From contig OY760937.1 in NCBI GenBank assembly GCA_963664225.1, forward strand, positions 5,088,001 through 5,152,000: a stretch of 64,000 nucleotides of DNA, given 5' to 3'. Positions 61,221 to 64,000 of this stretch are shown here, in pieces. How positions within the stretch are numbered: the first letter of the stretch is position 1; the number at the start of each line of letters is the position of its first letter. The translations under genes were made by a program, and so were the position numbers. The DNA comes from Verrucomicrobiia bacterium (GTDB lineage: Bacteria; Verrucomicrobiota; Verrucomicrobiia; Limisphaerales; UBA1319). The notes beneath the pieces were generated by a model that was not told the origin of the DNA, searched no databases, and was given only the letters and a program-made list of their open reading frames with translations.

Positions 61221-62692
61221 GCAGCACCTCGGCCTGTGTGACGCATAACGCGGTGCCCGTGAAGTGGGTGGATATTTCCGTTCTGCCCATTGCGGATTTT
61301 CGCGCGGCCATTCTCCGGGAAGCCAGCCTCGGAAACCGAATGGCGGCTTTGTTTGGAATTCCATCGAAAGAGGGCGGTCTTAGATTGCTGGGTGTCATGG
61401 CCAATGGCGGTTCCAGCGCGTTATCGTTGTATTCGACACCGGTCAAGGATCGGTATCCATCATTGACTCCTGAGTGTCCTCAAGCGCAGGGGTTTGAGCG
61501 GGAGATATTCGAGCAATGGGGAGTGATGCCAGAGGGCCATCCGTGGCTTAAACCCGTGCGCGCCACCTCTTCTGCGACTTCGGCATCGCCGTTTTTTGTC
61601 GTGGATGGTGTTGAGGTTCATGAAGTGGCAGTTGGGCCGGTCCATGCCGGAATCATCGAACCCGGTCATTTCCGTTTTCAATGCCACGGCGAGCAGGTGT
61701 TCCACCTGGAAATATCGTTAGGCTATCAACACCGGGGCATTGAGCGGCGCCTGGTCGGCGGGCCTGACCGTCGGACGATGCATTACATGGAGACCGCCGC
61801 AGGCGATACGACGGTCGGTCATGCCAGCGCCTATTGCCAGGCTGTCGAGGCGCTATCGGGATGCAACGTGTCAGCACGAGCCCAGGTTTTACGGGCCGTC
61901 GCGTTGGAACTGGAGCGTCTGGCCAATCATACCGGAGACCTCGGTGCAATGGCCGGGGACATCGGTTTTCTGCCCACCTCGTCGTTTTGCGGTCGGATTC
62001 GTGGCGATTTTCTCAATATGACCGCGCTGCTGTGCGGGAGTCGGTTTGGTCGGAATTTGGTGCAGCCCGGGGGTTTGGGATTCGAGGCGGAGCCGGAACG
62101 ATTGGAAAAACTGGGCGCTCAATTGGACCGCGCATTGAAGGATGTCACGGTTGCGTGTAACCTTCTTTGGAATACCACTACTGTGCGCGCGCGTTTTGAA
62201 AATACAGGCACCCTGAAAAATCAGGATTGTCTGGATCTGGGTCTGGTAGGTGTTGCGGCCAGGGCCTGCGGTGTCGAACGGGATGTGAGGCACGAGTTTT
62301 CCGGGGGAGCGTATCGGTTTTTCCAATTGCCTGTTTCGACCTTTAACTCCGGCAACGTATTCGGACGTGCATACGTCCGCTGGATGGAAATTCAACGTTC
62401 GATCGCCTTCATTAAGGATATGATTCGAACGATGCCTGGCGGCGAAATTCGTCAGCCGATGGATGAATTGGCGGCCGGTTCTCTGGTGGTTTCGATGGTT
62501 GAAGGATGGCGTGGGGAGATCTGCCATGTCGCCACCACGGACGATGCGGGACGGTTCCGACATTATAAGGTAATCGATCCGTCCTTTCATAATTGGATGG
62601 GGTTGGCTTATGCAATGCGCGATCAGCAAATCTCCGATTTTCCGCTGTGTAACAAGAGTTTCAATCTTTCCTACTGTGGCCACGATCTTTAA
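61217..62692 (+). CDS. Hydrogenase large-subunit homolog without Ni-binding cysteines (EhrL; NuoC+NuoD-like)
   Basis: FEREI.E, VGPVHAGIIEPGHFRF, LGYQHRG, ELERLANH, VEGWRGE; L1 site reads TAAGDT and the C-terminus reads DFPLCNKSFNLSYCGHDL. Confidence 0.9.
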   Translation: MSSTSACVTHNAVPVKWVDISVLPIADFRAAILREASLGNRMAALFGIPSKEGGLRLLGVMANGGSSALSLYSTPVKDRYPSLTPECPQAQGFEREIFEQWGVMPEGHPWLKPVRATSSATSASPFFVVDGVEVHEVAVGPVHAGIIEPGHFRFQCHGEQVFHLEISLGYQHRGIERRLVGGPDRRTMHYMETAAGDTTVGHASAYCQAVEALSGCNVSARAQVLRAVALELERLANHTGDLGAMAGDIGFLPTSSFCGRIRGDFLNMTALLCGSRFGRNLVQPGGLGFEAEPERLEKLGAQLDRALKDVTVACNLLWNTTTVRARFENTGTLKNQDCLDLGLVGVAARACGVERDVRHEFSGGAYRFFQLPVSTFNSGNVFGRAYVRWMEIQRSIAFIKDMIRTMPGGEIRQPMDELAAGSLVVSMVEGWRGEICHVATTDDAGRFRHYKVIDPSFHNWMGLAYAMRDQQISDFPLCNKSFNLSYCGHDL

Positions 62693-62698
62693 GAGGAC

Positions 62699-63502
62699 AT
62701 GATTAAAGCGCTTTTAGCACGAAAACAGCAGGGATGCCGAACAATCGGTTATCCTGATTCCGCGCCGGTATTGCCGGAGCGTTTTCGCGGGCGGCCGTTG
62801 GTGGATGCCAACCTGTGCGAGCTGCAGTGTCACTCCTGCGTGGAGGCTTGTCCCACGGGCGCCATCGCCCTTTCCGGAAATCAATTGGAGTTTGATTTGG
62901 GGCGCTGCCTCTTTTGCCTGGATTGCTCAGAAGCATGTCCGAAAGGCGCGATCCAACATTCCAAGGATCACAGCATGGCTGCGCGGCGCCGGTCGGATTT
63001 GGTCGTCCGCAACGGGACGACTCAGGCCCTGGCAAAGGCTTTGGACGCCCAGTCTCAAAAGGTCTTCGGACATTCCCTGAAGCTGCGCCAGGTCAGCGCT
63101 GGTGGATGCAACGCGTGCGAGGCGGATGTCAACGTTTTGGGAACCGTTGTGTTCGATCTGGGGCGTTTTGGCATTCAATTTGTGGCCTCGCCCCGTCATG
63201 CCGACGGTATTCTGGTGACAGGTCCGGTAACAGCTAATATGCGTCTGGCGCTGGAAAAGACCTTTGAAGCCATTCCGTCCCCGAAATTTGTGATTGCCGT
63301 TGGCGCATGCGCGATTTCTGGAGGCCCTTTTGTGGATCATAAGGAAGTGAATAACGGCGCGGAAAATGTGATTCCGGTCGATTTGTTCATACCTGGCTGC
63401 CCGCCGCATCCCATCACCATTTTGGATGGTTTATTGCGGTTGCTTGGGCGATTGCAGGAGCCCGCTCAGGCGGTTTCCAGCGAAAAGGCGGCTCTGACAT
63501 GA
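62699..63502 (+). CDS. Fusion of 2x[4Fe-4S] ferredoxin (HyfH-like) and NuoB/HyfI-like small subunit (EhrS)
   Basis: CHSCVEACP, CLFCLDCSEACP; GGCNACE, SPRHAD, VGACA.SGG, PGCPP. Confidence 0.9.
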   Translation: MIKALLARKQQGCRTIGYPDSAPVLPERFRGRPLVDANLCELQCHSCVEACPTGAIALSGNQLEFDLGRCLFCLDCSEACPKGAIQHSKDHSMAARRRSDLVVRNGTTQALAKALDAQSQKVFGHSLKLRQVSAGGCNACEADVNVLGTVVFDLGRFGIQFVASPRHADGILVTGPVTANMRLALEKTFEAIPSPKFVIAVGACAISGGPFVDHKEVNNGAENVIPVDLFIPGCPPHPITILDGLLRLLGRLQEPAQAVSSEKAALT

Positions 63503-63587
63503 GGCGCTGTAATTTAAAAAAACTGACTTTAGCCGTGGTTGGGCTTAAAACTGAGCCTTACCCGGTTATTTATCCGAGTTGTTTGTG

Positions 63588-63995
63588 ATGAAAAATGTAA
63601 TCGAAATTTTGTATAGCCTTCAACAGTTGGAACTGGGAGGTGAGTCTGATTCTCCGAAGACAGCGGAGGAGATTAGTAATTTGCGCAAAGGCGTGCCAAC
63701 GCCGATCATGGGGCATTACGACCGGTTGAGGGCTCGTGGAAAGAAAGGAGTGGCGATTGTCCGCAATTCCGTCTGCACCGAGTGCCATATGAAGCTGGCC
63801 ACCGGCATTAATGCCGAACTGATTCGCGCCGAAGACATTCTGATCTGCGATAGTTGCGGGCGTTACTTGCTGGCCGCAAACGAATCGGCGGAATCCTCCG
63901 TCGAAGTCGCGCCTCCGGTTGAAACAGCGCCGGTCGCCAAGAAGAAAGCCGTTCGCAAACGGACCAAGAAATCCGAACTTCCTGCCGCATCTTGA
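63588..63995 (+). CDS. C4-type zinc-ribbon (DUF164-like) protein, short form
   Basis: LQQLE, YDRLR, CTECHM...ICDSCGRYL, basic C-terminal tail. Confidence 0.75.
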   Translation: MKNVIEILYSLQQLELGGESDSPKTAEEISNLRKGVPTPIMGHYDRLRARGKKGVAIVRNSVCTECHMKLATGINAELIRAEDILICDSCGRYLLAANESAESSVEVAPPVETAPVAKKKAVRKRTKKSELPAAS

Positions 63996-64000
63996 AATAG

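Noticed and set aside
56190..63502. Calling the operon a true hydrogenase-4 / formate hydrogenlyase
   Set aside because: The large subunit lacks both Ni-ligating CxxC motifs, and no hyp or fdhF genes are in the window.

Overview
A moderately GC-rich bacterial chromosomal window. The gene content suggests Verrucomicrobiota (inference from H-X9-DG prepilin-like, CotH/lamin-tail, WPxFRG beta-propeller and Tat-signal Gfo/Idh/MocA genes). Housekeeping blocks: rho, a PTP-RpiB-GlyA triple fusion, araBD, queA, the sulfate ABC operon sbp-cysTWA, nusA-infB-rbfA-nrnA-truB-ribF, lpxI and dnaK-groES-groEL. The accessory stretch (about 9.5-36 kb) holds an intact IS1634-family element with a 6-bp target duplication, an LTA-synthase/sulfatase-like gene, large secreted modular proteins with nested domains, a GH172/DUF2961 gene, an orphan beta-propeller sensor kinase, and a five-gene cluster (Tat NHL propeller, Cys-rich miniprotein, Tat ferredoxin, NapH-like Fe-S membrane protein, membrane-anchored PQQ-like propeller). 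That cluster looks like an uncharacterised periplasm-to-quinone redox module and is my best candidate for an undescribed system. The right end has a DUF3494 ice-binding-like gene and an Ehr (hydrogenase-related, no Ni-binding cysteines) membrane complex headed by an HTH-PTS EIIA fusion regulator. No rRNA, tRNA or CRISPR array was seen. All calls come from motif recognition by eye; no database searches were run.
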